In this document: one piece after another, positions 19,231 to 30,414 of the stretch
Layout of the letters: each line of letters starts with the position of its first letter
Position numbering within the stretch: the first letter of the stretch is position 1
Source of the DNA: Sanchytrium tribonematis
Lineage: Eukaryota
Direction: 5' to 3'
Length of the DNA: 42,145 nucleotides
NCBI GenBank assembly: GCA_018985235.1
Contig: JADGIG010000021.1
Coordinates: forward strand, 1-42,145
The notes under the pieces: generated by a model
Told to the model about the DNA's origin: nothing
Databases searched by the model: none
The model's input: only the letters and a program-made list of their open reading frames with translations
Program-made: the position numbers and the translations under genes

Positions 19231-22200
19231 TTACAAAGATTTTTGTGCTTCATTCAAAAATTGCACCTTGAGGCGCAGCTCTTCTTTGAAATGGTCGTAG
19301 ATCCATTCCTCGCTCTTGTTTTTATCCATTGGGTTTTCCAATTTAGAATTTAATTCTTCCTTGTTCAAGACACATGGAAGTTTGAATTTGTGGTAAAGTT
19401 TTTGATAATATCGAAAGTAACCTTCCTTTTTCATCTCTTTTTCCAAAAATTTACCCAAATAAGTTCTCGAATTAGACCATTGTATTATATCTTTGATCAC
19501 TTTAACGTGCTTCATTCTTGTAGGCGTGTCATGTAGCTCAGCAAATTTTTCAGAAACTTTTAAAATTTCAGATTCCTTGTCTTTTGGTATCTCCGTGGCA
19601 GCTGGATCGAACATGGTCCTGTATATCATCAACTGTTTATCTTTCCTTAATTTAATAGAAGTTAGTCCTTCTGGTTCGAGAATATTTCCACGAGATTTGC
19701 AATCTGCAAATAAAGTAATTTGTGAAGGGTTGATTTTGGAGTCCAAAACGACCCAAGATCCTCCTCGTAGCTCAGCATTTGGCAGAATGTATATAATAAT
19801 AGGTTGTTTGTAAATGTTCAGTTGCTCCACAATCATTGCGCCGAATTTTAAAACCATGTTGTACATATCAGTTTGGCCTCCAGAAAAGCCCCTCCAATTA
19901 GCTAAAATCATAAGAGGTAAGCCTTCTCTGTTGAAATCTTTTATGGCTTCCGCAGTTTTGTATGCACCATCGGGATACCACACGAAGGGCGCTTGATTGA
20001 TTTGAGTTTCACTAGAATTCTGCAGAGCCGGATCGGCTGGTATAAATGATGTACCAACTTTTTGGCTTAATGAAATGACACCAACTGGAAAGCCTAGCAA
20101 ACGCGCGCGCCCACTGATAATTGTTTTTGCCCAACCACCACATGTTTCAACGAAAGAATTCTTGTCAAAAAACCCTTCTGCGTTTTTGCTAAAAATGCAT
20201 TTATCAATGTCGGAGGAAAAGTCCACTAGCGATAATCGGTTGCTATCTTCTGTTAATAGTATAGGGGGAAGTTCCGATTGCCTGAGTGGAATAAACTGAA
20301 GCCATTTCAAAGCTTCGTCAAAAGCCTCCTGATCGGAATCGACAAGAAGATGAGATATTCCGTTTTGATACATAATTTCAGGACCACCCAATTGCAGATT
20401 ACTATTGTATACCTGCTTTTGAAGTAACTTATTAAGTGCATCTTTCCCAGTTAATAAAATACATGAGTCTTTTTTTTGAATCACACGGCTACCAAGCCTT
20501 ACTAAATACGCGCCAATACCTACAGTTCTGCAACTTACAATGCTCAAAGTAAAACAATTCTCGTAACATTTGGCAGTCTCTCCAGCTATAAGACCACTAC
20601 CTGATAAGTTTTCGACACCTATTTGTTCATTGCCTAATACACTAAGAACCTTAAAGTGGTCGCCAACTTTTTCTAATTCGATATCGGATTTAGAAATATT
20701 GTCCAAATCACATGAATCTATATAAAAATATGAAAAGATATTTTTTTCATACCTTGCCTTCAAAAAAGGTAAAATTTGAGACATAATTCCAACTCTGGCA
20801 CCACTATTGGCAGAAAAGTAAACTCTTGGTAAACCTTGTTGTCTACAATATTGGCTGATTTGAAAAAAGTATATATCCTCGTCTACACTAAAGGACCCAT
20901 TAAATTTCGTTATATCATTTGCGAGAACAACAATAGACCTGCCATATGGAGCTTCTGGAGATGTGTAGAAGAATTTCCACGCTACCATTCCATGATTTGC
21001 ACTAAAATTATCACTTTCAAAAACTTTCTCATTTTCCACATTAAGGCAAGTGAACATAAAGTTCTTAACCTCGGAATCAAAAGTCCAAAGCGAATCAATT
21101 GCCTTTTTCATTAGTTTTGGTATATCTTGGATAAATGTTGTATTCATTGTTGATGCCTTGGATCTGCTACTTTGATCGACTGATTTTGGAAGATAAGGCT
21201 TCAAAACGCTTTCGTCGACCTTCGACTTTGCACTTGCATTCCAACTTTGAAACACCTTCTCACCTTGGTTGTTAACACTTTCTACGTAAGATTCCATATG
21301 CAATGATAAACCATCCTCGCTAGACGCAAAAAACCTAAAAGACTTAAAATTGTTAAATTTGTTGCTTTGTACGGTAAACAGAATTTCCGCTTGTTGGATT
21401 TTGAGCTTCCAAAGTCTATCGCCGTAGTTCATTATAAATTTAACAAGTTCCTGTTCCACTTCTTCCGGTTCCAATACAAACACAGGAACAAATTTTACGA
21501 ATATATGATTCGCATCGCATTTTGGATATTTCTGACATGCTATTTCAATAACATCCAAAATACTAGACATGAGCTTGTGGCCGTGATTTATAAGATACTC
21601 ATGCGTAGAGATGTCCGGCCTTTCTCCACTTGGCCTGACTAAACATCTTAAAAAAATTCTCTCGTCTGCCAAATTAGACTTTGCAATTCCATGATAAACC
21701 TGAAATTTCGTGTCACTAAATCCTATTGGATCGATCTTGAAATTTTCAAATCTTGAAAGCTCTAGGTCGTTGACTAGTCCAGGTTCTATATTTCTTGTAT
21801 AGATGTCTTCTTTGTAAATATTATTATCAAGGTAAAAGTTGAAATATTTTGGGTAGACAAGAGGTCTGTAAAGTATGAAAGTTACTCTGGAAATTTGAAA
21901 CTCTTGTATGACTTTTAGCAGTTTGGCAGACCAATTAGAGTCATCAAAGGGCTGCTCCTCATAATCTCTTAAAACAACATATGCTAGATCGACATCAATA
22001 GTGGAATTGATTGTGAAATCTTCCAAAGACTCTACAACAAACATTCCACCAGAAAGGGACTGTTTCCATAATAAAAAACTTTTGCCTTTGTCTAAAGAAA
22101 ATGACATAGACATATTATTATTACCATAAGCTCTTAATATGTAGCATTGCATACAAAATTCCCTAATTTGGGATGACTCAGAGAAGCAAAATTCAATTAG

Positions 22201-25185
22201 AACGTCAAAAAGCGAAAAGCTTACATTTGATAACTCCACAATTTTTTCCCAAGGTCTAGTATAATATATAGCGTCATTCAAAAACTGTCTTAAACGTTGC
22301 CTTTTCTGGGAGTACGAGGGAATTTGGCAATAAAGCAGAAGTTCTTTCGCTTTGATAGTGATGGCCTTCAAATTTGGGAGGCTACTGTATGCCAATTCTT
22401 TGATTTCTTGAATAAAATGCTTGTTAAGAATGCTTATGCTTTTTTCCTTTCTAAGTAGGTCCAGAAGGCTCAAAATAAGCTCTTTTCTGTATTGTATACA
22501 AAATTGCTTCCAAAGAATTGAAGACCACTTGACATAATCTTGCGGATATTGAGTTTTTAACTTTTCTAAAATATCATTGTTCGAATTGAGACCTGCAAAA
22601 AATGAAACGTCAGTGCAGAAATCATGAAAAATATCGCCAAGAACGTCCATTTCGTAAGAAGCCAATCCATTTTCAAATTTCCGTACCAATCGCTTAATTG
22701 AATCGACATCTTCTACATCCAAGATTTCCAAAAGTTGCGTAGCCGGAAATTCTACAAGATTTCTTTCGCTAGAATTTAAGATATCAGTTACTGCTTTGAA
22801 AACATTTTTGTCCAGGCGATTTTCTACCATCAATAATTCTTCCCTAATAAGATAAAATGGTAAGTCTCTACTTTGAAATAAAGACAGAAAGATGCTGCAA
22901 GTTAGGCCAATATCCATTTCAGGGTAGAACGAATTTAAAACATTTTTGATGTGTTGGGTACTATTTTTATAAAGCACTGTAATTGTGCCTGTAGGAGAAC
23001 CTGGCCGAATATATTTAGGTATAGTTCCAGTGAAAAAAGGTATTTTGGAATCAGAATCCTTATTCAAGTATTTTGCTATGGTTTGACTAGCAGTCACTGT
23101 CATACCCTCTGTTGCAATTATTTTAACATTTCCTTTCATGTTTGCATAGATTGGAGAAATCATTTTCATCACTTCGACATAGCACAAAATATCATTTTCC
23201 TCAACAAAATCGCCATCACTTATGCACCACTTATTGATCTTGCCACTACCGGGACATTTTATATTTTCTCTATCAAATTTTTTCTCCAGTGAAAATGTTA
23301 GATTCTTGAAGCTTATTTCGACAGTGTCAACAAGATCTCTTCCAAACACAGTTATTGAATTGCAACCATCGCTGACCAGCAGCCCGCCATCGCTTAATTC
23401 CATACATTCTACAATTATCGAGGAGCTATTTATAACCAACTTAATCACACCACTATCGCATTCATACCCATGAACCTTATACCCTATGCTATTTAATATA
23501 AATTGAAATGCTGAATGTCTTTTAAAGAATGAAATATTGGGAATTATACCACGACTCAATTCCTGAACCAAATGAGAGTCGCGGTTCTTATTTTTGTTGT
23601 AAAAGTAAAACGCGCTTCCATACAAAATCGCTCCTATTTCGTCATCATAAGTTTTAAGAGTCTGGCTCTTGAGAAGCTCATCCAGCCACTCCGTATTGTA
23701 TTTGTTTTTTACAAAAGTCTCCGTTTCCATTAATTTGACTAAGTAAGCTACAGACGTGCGAAATTCGCTTTGAATAGATAATTCTCGTAATGCGACAATA
23801 AGATTTTTACGAGCTTCGTCTCGTGTAGATCCCTGAGAAAAAATATGACCAAATTGAGAATCTGCGTATTCATGTAAGCCGCCATTGCTGTCTACACTAA
23901 AATAGCCCCAAACGTTGCTTCTTGACCTAAATGACAATTGGCTCATACTGCCACTGCTAGGTAGAAAACCCTTTTCGGGGTTTTCAGCAGTAATTCTAGC
24001 TGCAATAACATGACAACTTGGCTGTGGGTAATTTTTCAAATCGTACAAATCAATTTCTTGATTTTTGGTACATAAATATTTGACTACATCTGATATTTTA
24101 AGCAGCGGAATACCCATTGCTACTTGAAGCTGACAAGCAGGAAGGTTCATACCTGAAATCATTTCCGAGCATGGATGTTCAACTTGCAGTCTGGGATTCA
24201 ATTCTAAAAAGTAAAACTCATTTGAATTTGGATCAAATAGATACTCAACAGTGCCTGTTGATCTATAGCTGACCATTCTTGCTAATTTGACCGCACAATC
24301 TTGCATTTTTATCATGATGTCGTTTGGTACAACCAAAGGTGGTGCCTCTTCAATTATTTTCTGATGTCTTCTTTGAACAGAGCAATCTCTACCAAATATA
24401 CTGATAGAATCATTGTAACAATCTGACAAAAGTTGAACCTCGACGTGCCTTACCTCAGTAGCAGTTTTCATTATAAAAATTGGCGACGTAGGGACTTCGG
24501 ACAAGACTTGAAAATACATATCTTTTACAAACTTTGAGGCCGAAACCTTCCTTATGCCCTTTCCCCCACCTCCCTCTGAAGCCTTTATCATTACAGGATA
24601 TCCAATTTTATCGCACCATAGCTGGCATTCTTCTAAATTTTTGATAGATGCTTGGTCATAGACAGATTCTATTTCTTCAAGATTTGAAACTTTTATTCCT
24701 TGGCCATTCCAAGGTATGCACGGTACACCAGCAGATTGAGCTAAAATCATAGATCCTATCTTGTCTCCTAAGGCTTTCATTGCTGAAGCCTGTGGCCCAA
24801 TGAACAATATGTTTTCCTTTTCAAGACGCTCAGGCAACAACGGATTTTCACTAGCATGTCCCCAACCAGGCCACACGGCGCAACAGTTTTGGGCTTTTGC
24901 AATCTCTGTGATAAGATTCACATTTGCGTAATTGTCGACATTTCGTCCGCCTGGAACCTTAACATACCTATCTGCGAGTTTGATGAATTCAGCGTTCATT
25001 TCTAAGTCGTCCTTTGATGCCATAACTATAAGTTCCACTGTGTCTTCTGAGAATTGCTCATAAGTCCATTGGCGAATGCTACGTATACACTTAACTGCCG
25101 CTATACCATTGTTTGCGACAAGTATACGCTTTATAGGTCTGATCTTGGTTTTGTCAGTACGAAATAACGCACAAAATTGATCCAT
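19231..25185 (-). CDS. ACC1: Acetyl-CoA carboxylase, single chain (about 1984 aa)
   Basis: BC domain (ILVANNGIAAVK, WPGWGHASEN, FLELNPRLQVEH), BCCP EVMKM, central domain, CT domain (ANDIT, NSGAR, ANWRGFSGG). ATG 25185 preferred (TCTCC directly upstream); ATG 25236 is possible. Confidence 0.97.
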   Translation of the reverse strand: MDQFCALFRTDKTKIRPIKRILVANNGIAAVKCIRSIRQWTYEQFSEDTVELIVMASKDDLEMNAEFIKLADRYVKVPGGRNVDNYANVNLITEIAKAQNCCAVWPGWGHASENPLLPERLEKENILFIGPQASAMKALGDKIGSMILAQSAGVPCIPWNGQGIKVSNLEEIESVYDQASIKNLEECQLWCDKIGYPVMIKASEGGGGKGIRKVSASKFVKDMYFQVLSEVPTSPIFIMKTATEVRHVEVQLLSDCYNDSISIFGRDCSVQRRHQKIIEEAPPLVVPNDIMIKMQDCAVKLARMVSYRSTGTVEYLFDPNSNEFYFLELNPRLQVEHPCSEMISGMNLPACQLQVAMGIPLLKISDVVKYLCTKNQEIDLYDLKNYPQPSCHVIAARITAENPEKGFLPSSGSMSQLSFRSRSNVWGYFSVDSNGGLHEYADSQFGHIFSQGSTRDEARKNLIVALRELSIQSEFRTSVAYLVKLMETETFVKNKYNTEWLDELLKSQTLKTYDDEIGAILYGSAFYFYNKNKNRDSHLVQELSRGIIPNISFFKRHSAFQFILNSIGYKVHGYECDSGVIKLVINSSSIIVECMELSDGGLLVSDGCNSITVFGRDLVDTVEISFKNLTFSLEKKFDRENIKCPGSGKINKWCISDGDFVEENDILCYVEVMKMISPIYANMKGNVKIIATEGMTVTASQTIAKYLNKDSDSKIPFFTGTIPKYIRPGSPTGTITVLYKNSTQHIKNVLNSFYPEMDIGLTCSIFLSLFQSRDLPFYLIREELLMVENRLDKNVFKAVTDILNSSERNLVEFPATQLLEILDVEDVDSIKRLVRKFENGLASYEMDVLGDIFHDFCTDVSFFAGLNSNNDILEKLKTQYPQDYVKWSSILWKQFCIQYRKELILSLLDLLRKEKSISILNKHFIQEIKELAYSSLPNLKAITIKAKELLLYCQIPSYSQKRQRLRQFLNDAIYYTRPWEKIVELSNVSFSLFDVLIEFCFSESSQIREFCMQCYILRAYGNNNMSMSFSLDKGKSFLLWKQSLSGGMFVVESLEDFTINSTIDVDLAYVVLRDYEEQPFDDSNWSAKLLKVIQEFQISRVTFILYRPLVYPKYFNFYLDNNIYKEDIYTRNIEPGLVNDLELSRFENFKIDPIGFSDTKFQVYHGIAKSNLADERIFLRCLVRPSGERPDISTHEYLINHGHKLMSSILDVIEIACQKYPKCDANHIFVKFVPVFVLEPEEVEQELVKFIMNYGDRLWKLKIQQAEILFTVQSNKFNNFKSFRFFASSEDGLSLHMESYVESVNNQGEKVFQSWNASAKSKVDESVLKPYLPKSVDQSSRSKASTMNTTFIQDIPKLMKKAIDSLWTFDSEVKNFMFTCLNVENEKVFESDNFSANHGMVAWKFFYTSPEAPYGRSIVVLANDITKFNGSFSVDEDIYFFQISQYCRQQGLPRVYFSANSGARVGIMSQILPFLKARYEKNIFSYFYIDSCDLDNISKSDIELEKVGDHFKVLSVLGNEQIGVENLSGSGLIAGETAKCYENCFTLSIVSCRTVGIGAYLVRLGSRVIQKKDSCILLTGKDALNKLLQKQVYNSNLQLGGPEIMYQNGISHLLVDSDQEAFDEALKWLQFIPLRQSELPPILLTEDSNRLSLVDFSSDIDKCIFSKNAEGFFDKNSFVETCGGWAKTIISGRARLLGFPVGVISLSQKVGTSFIPADPALQNSSETQINQAPFVWYPDGAYKTAEAIKDFNREGLPLMILANWRGFSGGQTDMYNMVLKFGAMIVEQLNIYKQPIIIYILPNAELRGGSWVVLDSKINPSQITLFADCKSRGNILEPEGLTSIKLRKDKQLMIYRTMFDPAATEIPKDKESEILKVSEKFAELHDTPTRMKHVKVIKDIIQWSNSRTYLGKFLEKEMKKEGYFRYYQKLYHKFKLPCVLNKEELNSKLENPMDKNKSEEWIYDHFKEELRLKVQFLNEAQKSL

Positions 25186-25210
25186 GGAGATTTGCGAAAC
25201 AAGTAGGTTT

Positions 25211-25732
25211 ATGAGTGACCACCGAAAGGATGACATTTTGCTTGTGATTTTACATCCTCATCCATACCTTGGTGGCACCCCACATAATAACATTGCAACT
25301 TTATTCCGCTCTCTTCCTTGTCAGATATACTGCCCGCAGCTGCGAGGTGTAATTGCTGAATGCGAGATCAATAGAATTTTGATGGAAATCAGCAAAAGGA
25401 ATCACAAACATTTATTTATTTGCGGTTATTCATATGGAAGTTTGGTGGCTACGCTATTAGCAATGAAACTCAAGTCAGATAAATTACTTCTTATTTCAAT
25501 ACCCTGGTCTATTTCATATTTATGCACCTTCAAATCTAAAAAAATCAAACAATTTATAAACTCCACAGACGTGCCTATATCCATTGTCCATGGCTCAGAA
25601 GACCAATTTACTTCATCTTCAAAAATACGTCGTGTGTTTAAAAATGTGAGAATAGTGAATATGGCTGACCACTTTTGGTTTGGCCGTGAAGACGAACTGA
25701 TGCTTAACTGCCGAGATTTTTTCCTCTTATAA
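25211..25732 (+). CDS. Small alpha/beta hydrolase (HPHP-GG family)
   Basis: HPHPYLGG, nucleophile GYSYG, HGSEDQF and ADHFW. Alternative start at 25184. Confidence 0.85.
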   Translation: MSDHRKDDILLVILHPHPYLGGTPHNNIATLFRSLPCQIYCPQLRGVIAECEINRILMEISKRNHKHLFICGYSYGSLVATLLAMKLKSDKLLLISIPWSISYLCTFKSKKIKQFINSTDVPISIVHGSEDQFTSSSKIRRVFKNVRIVNMADHFWFGREDELMLNCRDFFLL

Positions 25733-25784
25733 AGTAGTATTTGTAACGTTTTAATAAAGCAGCCATTTACCCCCTCGATCTATT

Positions 25785-26543
25785 ATGTCTGCAGAATTGC
25801 AACAGATTGATTTTTTATCGAGAGAGCCTCAAACAGCTACGAAAAGGCTTATTGCCGAGTCGATTTTCACCCGACTAGAGAAAAAGCTAAAGCAAGATGA
25901 CCAATTAGAAGATCTATCTTCCAGAATGCACATCATTAAAGACCTGAAAGAAACTCTTAAGAGGAAACAACTTCAAGAAGAAAGAATTGATATTAGCACT
26001 TTTGATTATGAAAAGCTTGGCAATATTTGCGGCCTCGATTCCAATATGGATACTATTGAGCTTTGTCATTCAAGATTGTTAGAAATTTTAAAATCGCTAA
26101 CATCCGAATTAGAATCATTGGGCCCTCGACTTAAGGATCAATCTAAAAATAAGAAAAATGACCAGCTATTATTTAGGCGGATAGTAGTTGGAATGCAATC
26201 GCAGGCACGAGATTATAGCAAATACAAGGAGACACAAAAGTTATTATCTGATTTGCCATTTGGGCTGAAAAGAGTCTATAACGATTTAAGGTTCAGATTG
26301 CGTATGTCTAAATCTTACGAATGGAATCAGTGGTATGGATATGAAATGAAAATTGATCAAGGATCTATTGAATTTGCAAATGGATTTGACAGTATTACTT
26401 TAAAATTTACAATTGAGGGTGACGATGTCATTTGTAGGTATTTGGACAAAACCACAATTGCAAGTAAACCCTACGATGAATTTGTCGCCAAACTTCTTCA
26501 ATTTGATAATGAAAATGACAGTGTTCAAAAAATGGAAATGTAA
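25785..26543 (+). CDS. Hypothetical coiled-coil protein, possibly a divergent THOC5/FMIP family member
   Basis: 252-aa ORF with upstream ACCCCCTC motif. Weak resemblance only (CHSRLLEIL, LPFGL). Confidence 0.55.
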   Translation: MSAELQQIDFLSREPQTATKRLIAESIFTRLEKKLKQDDQLEDLSSRMHIIKDLKETLKRKQLQEERIDISTFDYEKLGNICGLDSNMDTIELCHSRLLEILKSLTSELESLGPRLKDQSKNKKNDQLLFRRIVVGMQSQARDYSKYKETQKLLSDLPFGLKRVYNDLRFRLRMSKSYEWNQWYGYEMKIDQGSIEFANGFDSITLKFTIEGDDVICRYLDKTTIASKPYDEFVAKLLQFDNENDSVQKMEM

Positions 26544-26700
26544 AATTTTACCCAACTCGTAGAAAAATTAATAAATAATTCTTGCTATTTTGGGTTTAGT
26601 TCTATCTCTATTTAGCAGATCCATTTAAACATAAAAGGATTGAATATAAGAGAAAATTAAAGTTTGATCCTTTCACCCCCAAAACTTTTACCAAAACAAT

Positions 26701-29452
26701 TTACTGAATAATTCCAAAAGCAATATCTACCAAGCCACCAACGTCTTTGCAGAACTCCAATAATTTTTTCTCTGTTTTTCTCGCAGCCATGCCCCATTCG
26801 TCCTCCAGATCACTAAATTTGAACTTTAAAAATGCCAAAGCGAAAATGGACAAAGCAGCTTCAACACTAATGGTGGTTTTTAATTCCGAGACCAATTGTG
26901 ACGCACTAGAAAATTTGGAATTGCTGACTATGTTTGCAAAGTGATCCGAGACAACATAGAGTCCATTAAATTGCTGATTTTTCAAAAAATCAATTAATGT
27001 TATCTCACCACTAGAAAAAACACTCCCCTTAGGCATACTTTCAGGCAAAGAATAAGTCGGATTGGATTCAGCATACTTATCCTTTTCCTCGTATTCGATA
27101 CTTTCCTCCTCGTTAGCCATAATTGGTACACTTGAAACCTCTTTCTTTCTCATAAGTGACGGTTTCGGAATATTGAATCCAAAACTCGATTTCTTTGATT
27201 TCTTTGCGAATTCTATAGCCTGATCTTGCACTGGCTCACTATCATACATGAGCCCAGATTCCTGCAATGCCGCGGCCCCAGGTGGAGCGGAATACATCGT
27301 CGGCTGTGCCATCATTGGTGGTGCTGTCATCTGTGGAGACATCATGGAACTAGCTACCATGGGTTGCATTGGTGCAGACATAGTGACAGGTGGAGGACCG
27401 TGCAAAACTCCACCAACCGCCATACTTCTAATTGGCATAGCTGCGGCTGGGACATAAAATTGTGGTCTATCTGCTGGAATTGGCATGGCTATACTTTTAG
27501 AGACCATTTCTCCCTCTTCCTTATTGGGGAAAACTAAGATCCAGCTGGTTTTCTTGGATGATATACTAAAATTTAGTAAACTTTGAGTAACAAATGCCTC
27601 CGCATCATCAACCTTAAAAACATCTTTCACCACAGCTTGAAAAGTTGAATTTGAAAAAATGCTCTCTTGATAAAGTCTTTTTAGTGCCAAAGCGTGCATA
27701 GTCTTGCCGTTAATGATTTTGGGTTTGACAGGAACTGTTATTTCTATTGGACCATCTGGAGTATTGCCTCTAATTGTCACAGATTGCGGCAATTCTTCTG
27801 TGTCTTTGACCAATATCTGTAATAACAATCTTTTGCTTGGGTGAATAACTGGTAGTTCAATTGGTAAAACCAAACGAGTTACAATAGACTTGGATTCTGA
27901 ATTCGAGATAAGTTTAGCAGCCTTATTAAAAAAGCTTAAAGGCCCTACGCTTTTCTTAGTTAAACTTTCTGAGGATTTCTCTTTTGTAATACAACTTGAC
28001 CAATCCACACTTAAGTTTTCAACTGCCGGCATCAAAGATCGTTTTAATAGTGCCATACACTTCTTTTCCATTCTTTCTCCTTCAATGACGTACTCAGCAG
28101 TACCATTTCCAGCAATGGCAAGCCCATTAACTAATCCCGTCGAAACTCCACTACCGATTCCCAATGTATAAACACGGACTTTGTCAAGATATTCGGATGC
28201 GTTTGACGCATTTCTAGTAGCATTTAAACATTCCGATTCGTTACTGACCGAACCATCTGTTAAGACAAAAATTTGGCGCTTGTACCCTCCGATTTTTGGC
28301 ATTTTATAAATATGCTGGAGAGGCTGCAGAATTTCAGTTCCCTGTATTAGTAATATATACGCCTAAATTTGCTGATAGATTTTTAATGCTATCTTCCGCA
28401 GCTTTCAAAGTTTGTTCTGTATATTTCTGAGAAGTGGGAAATAAGCTCTCGAAAGAGCTTCCAAACCCTACTATATTAAAGAAGGAGTCCTCGGGAATGC
28501 TTTTCAAAAATACTAGCATAGCGCTTCTGACGAGTTCTGTGGGATTTCCATCCATAGAGCCAGATCTATCTAATAAAAAGATTAGCTCGCTTGGAACTTC
28601 CTTCAATTTAAATTGGGGTACGAAGGCCATAGACAAACACTGGCTTTTTTCAGTAGTCAAAGCAATGTTAGAGTGATTTTTTTGATCAATTTTTTTCAGA
28701 AACTTTGAAGTCACATCTTCAGACTTCTTAAACTCTTTGCCAGCATCCACCCATTCATCATCAATCAATCCTGGAAAGCCCTCGTATTTTTCTAAATAAA
28801 AGACTGGTTCGTCCAAGTTTTCACATTCAATTACCACTGAGAAATCTTTGGTAGTTTTTAAAGATCCTGAGACACTACCAGTATTTCCCGACAAAATTGA
28901 TTTTAATTCTTGAGAACTGTCTATTGCGAGAATTTTTGAGGTCATGTTTAATTCCATTTGCAGATGAACTTTGTAAGAAGCGTTAGAAGTGAATTCAGGG
29001 TTGATGTTTTCTTCGTGTGACTTTCCGGTGCTAGATGCTGCAATATATCTAGGAACCATTGTAATTGGGTAGCTGAATCTAACATTGTTTGCATTTACAT
29101 CATTTGTTAGATCCTGCACAAATTGTATCCTGATTATCGCGACTGAGCTAGGGCCAAGCCTTCCTAAATCCATTTCGAACATATCTTCCGCAGTTTGGTG
29201 CAGGACGGCGGTCGTATTTCCCTCATTTTTAGCATCTTGGTATACCTTTTCGGCCGAATCTTTGGTGACCAATTTTCCAATTACTAAATCATCATTGATT
29301 TTTGCCTCAAATCCAATGACGCAAATTGAGTCATTGACTGGAAATTTATATTTAAACTCCACAGCTTTATCAGAATTATTTTTGAATTGCTGCTCAATGG
29401 TGACGTTAGCCACAGAGTCCACCAATTTGCAAAAAATGTTTAAGTTTTCCAT
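26701..29452 (-). CDS. VIT + vWA domain protein (VWA5A-like), 2 exons (29452-28361, 28341-26701), 910 aa
   Basis: VIT domain (YKFPV...CVIGFEA), MIDAS FLLDRSGSM, FNIVGFGS, VLTDG and LGIG. Splicing restores ANLGGTEILQPL. Confidence 0.92.
28342..28360 (-). other. 19-nt spliceosomal intron in the VIT-vWA gene (phase 0)
   Basis: GTATATATTACTAATACAG. Removal restores the conserved LGGTEI motif. Confidence 0.94.
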
Positions 29453-29505
29453 TTTTAGTCGTTTCAAGATAGCTCCTTAAGGCTAATATTTGAGACAAAA
29501 GGAAT

Positions 29506-30372
29506 TTAGTTTATTAACTGTGTTATGTTATGATGCATCAAGCATACCTCCGCAAGAAGTTCCCTGTTTTTAACCAGGTGGTGTATGTAATAAGCAGAGT
29601 AAAAGCATCCTTCGCATTTGCATCCAGACATCAAAGCTTCCTTACCGTTCGAAATGGCTATCTTTTCCAATTCTACCAACTCGGTATCTACAATAAATTT
29701 TCTGCTTGACGTTAAGTGTTCAGCAGAATATGTATCATATTGTATATTGTTGGATCTACAGAATAATACATCTTCAAATTTCGACAGCCTAATCAAATAA
29801 GGCACAATTCCATTGTTTTTAACTTTATTGTAAATCTCATTAAATAATTGAACACTATGGTCGGTATCGTTTTCAAAAATTATCATTTTAAGTGGTTTTG
29901 TTTTGTACAAATGTAAAATTTCATTTAAAAGACCTATATCAGAGAGCATCACCACTGGATAAACCGTTTCAGCACATTCCAAAGAATTTTCAAGATAAGA
30001 GAGATGTTTTTTTCGCTTATAATGAAGAGGATCATATAATTGTATAATTTCTTGAAGTTGATTACTTTTCACAAAATCATAGTAAAAGCTTTCTTCAAAA
30101 AATTGCGTTCCTTGCTTGTGTACACAAAGAATGGTTTTGGGGTGTTTTGAGCTCATTGCTTTGCGTGCTGAAGTACTAATTACTGAGACTTTAGGATTGT
30201 ACAATGACACAATATGGCTTTTTAGTTTATGAATTGGAAATTGTAGAAGCTTATCGTAATCCATTATCTCGCTCAAATAAATGATTTTTTTTAAATTTGG
30301 TAATTCGCTGTCCAGTAGATGTGGAACATGTGCAAAAGTTGAATGTAAAAATGGGATTTTAAAAGATGACAT
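29506..30372 (-). CDS. Queuine tRNA-ribosyltransferase accessory subunit-like (QTRT2), shortened
   Basis: C-terminal TGT zinc site GCKCEGC...YIHHLVKNRELLAEVCLMHHN; the catalytic DSGG motif is not seen. Confidence 0.75.
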   Translation of the reverse strand: MSSFKIPFLHSTFAHVPHLLDSELPNLKKIIYLSEIMDYDKLLQFPIHKLKSHIVSLYNPKVSVISTSARKAMSSKHPKTILCVHKQGTQFFEESFYYDFVKSNQLQEIIQLYDPLHYKRKKHLSYLENSLECAETVYPVVMLSDIGLLNEILHLYKTKPLKMIIFENDTDHSVQLFNEIYNKVKNNGIVPYLIRLSKFEDVLFCRSNNIQYDTYSAEHLTSSRKFIVDTELVELEKIAISNGKEALMSGCKCEGCFYSAYYIHHLVKNRELLAEVCLMHHNITQLIN

Positions 30373-30414
30373 TTGAAGGAGGTTAAAAACTTGGAAAAGT
30401 GAAACAAAACTGAA

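Noticed and set aside
25183..25186. ACC1 and the hydrolase starting on overlapping ATGs in one CATG palindrome
   Set aside because: Seen, but any CATG gives this. The hydrolase has a second ATG at 25211 giving a 25-bp gap typical of this window, and it cannot be resolved without ribosome profiling.
18537..25732. PPTase + ACC1 + hydrolase as a fatty-acid/polyketide gene cluster
   Set aside because: No PKS, FAS or NRPS is present. In so dense a genome, adjacency of housekeeping genes is weak evidence.
26540..26562. 23-nt GT-AG candidate over the stop codon of the 25785 gene
   Set aside because: No YTAAY at the fixed position and the wrong length.
27250..27450. Higher-GC Met/Pro/Ala-rich tract with antisense ORFs
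   Set aside because: This is an ordinary low-complexity linker of VIT-vWA proteins; the antisense ORFs are shadows.
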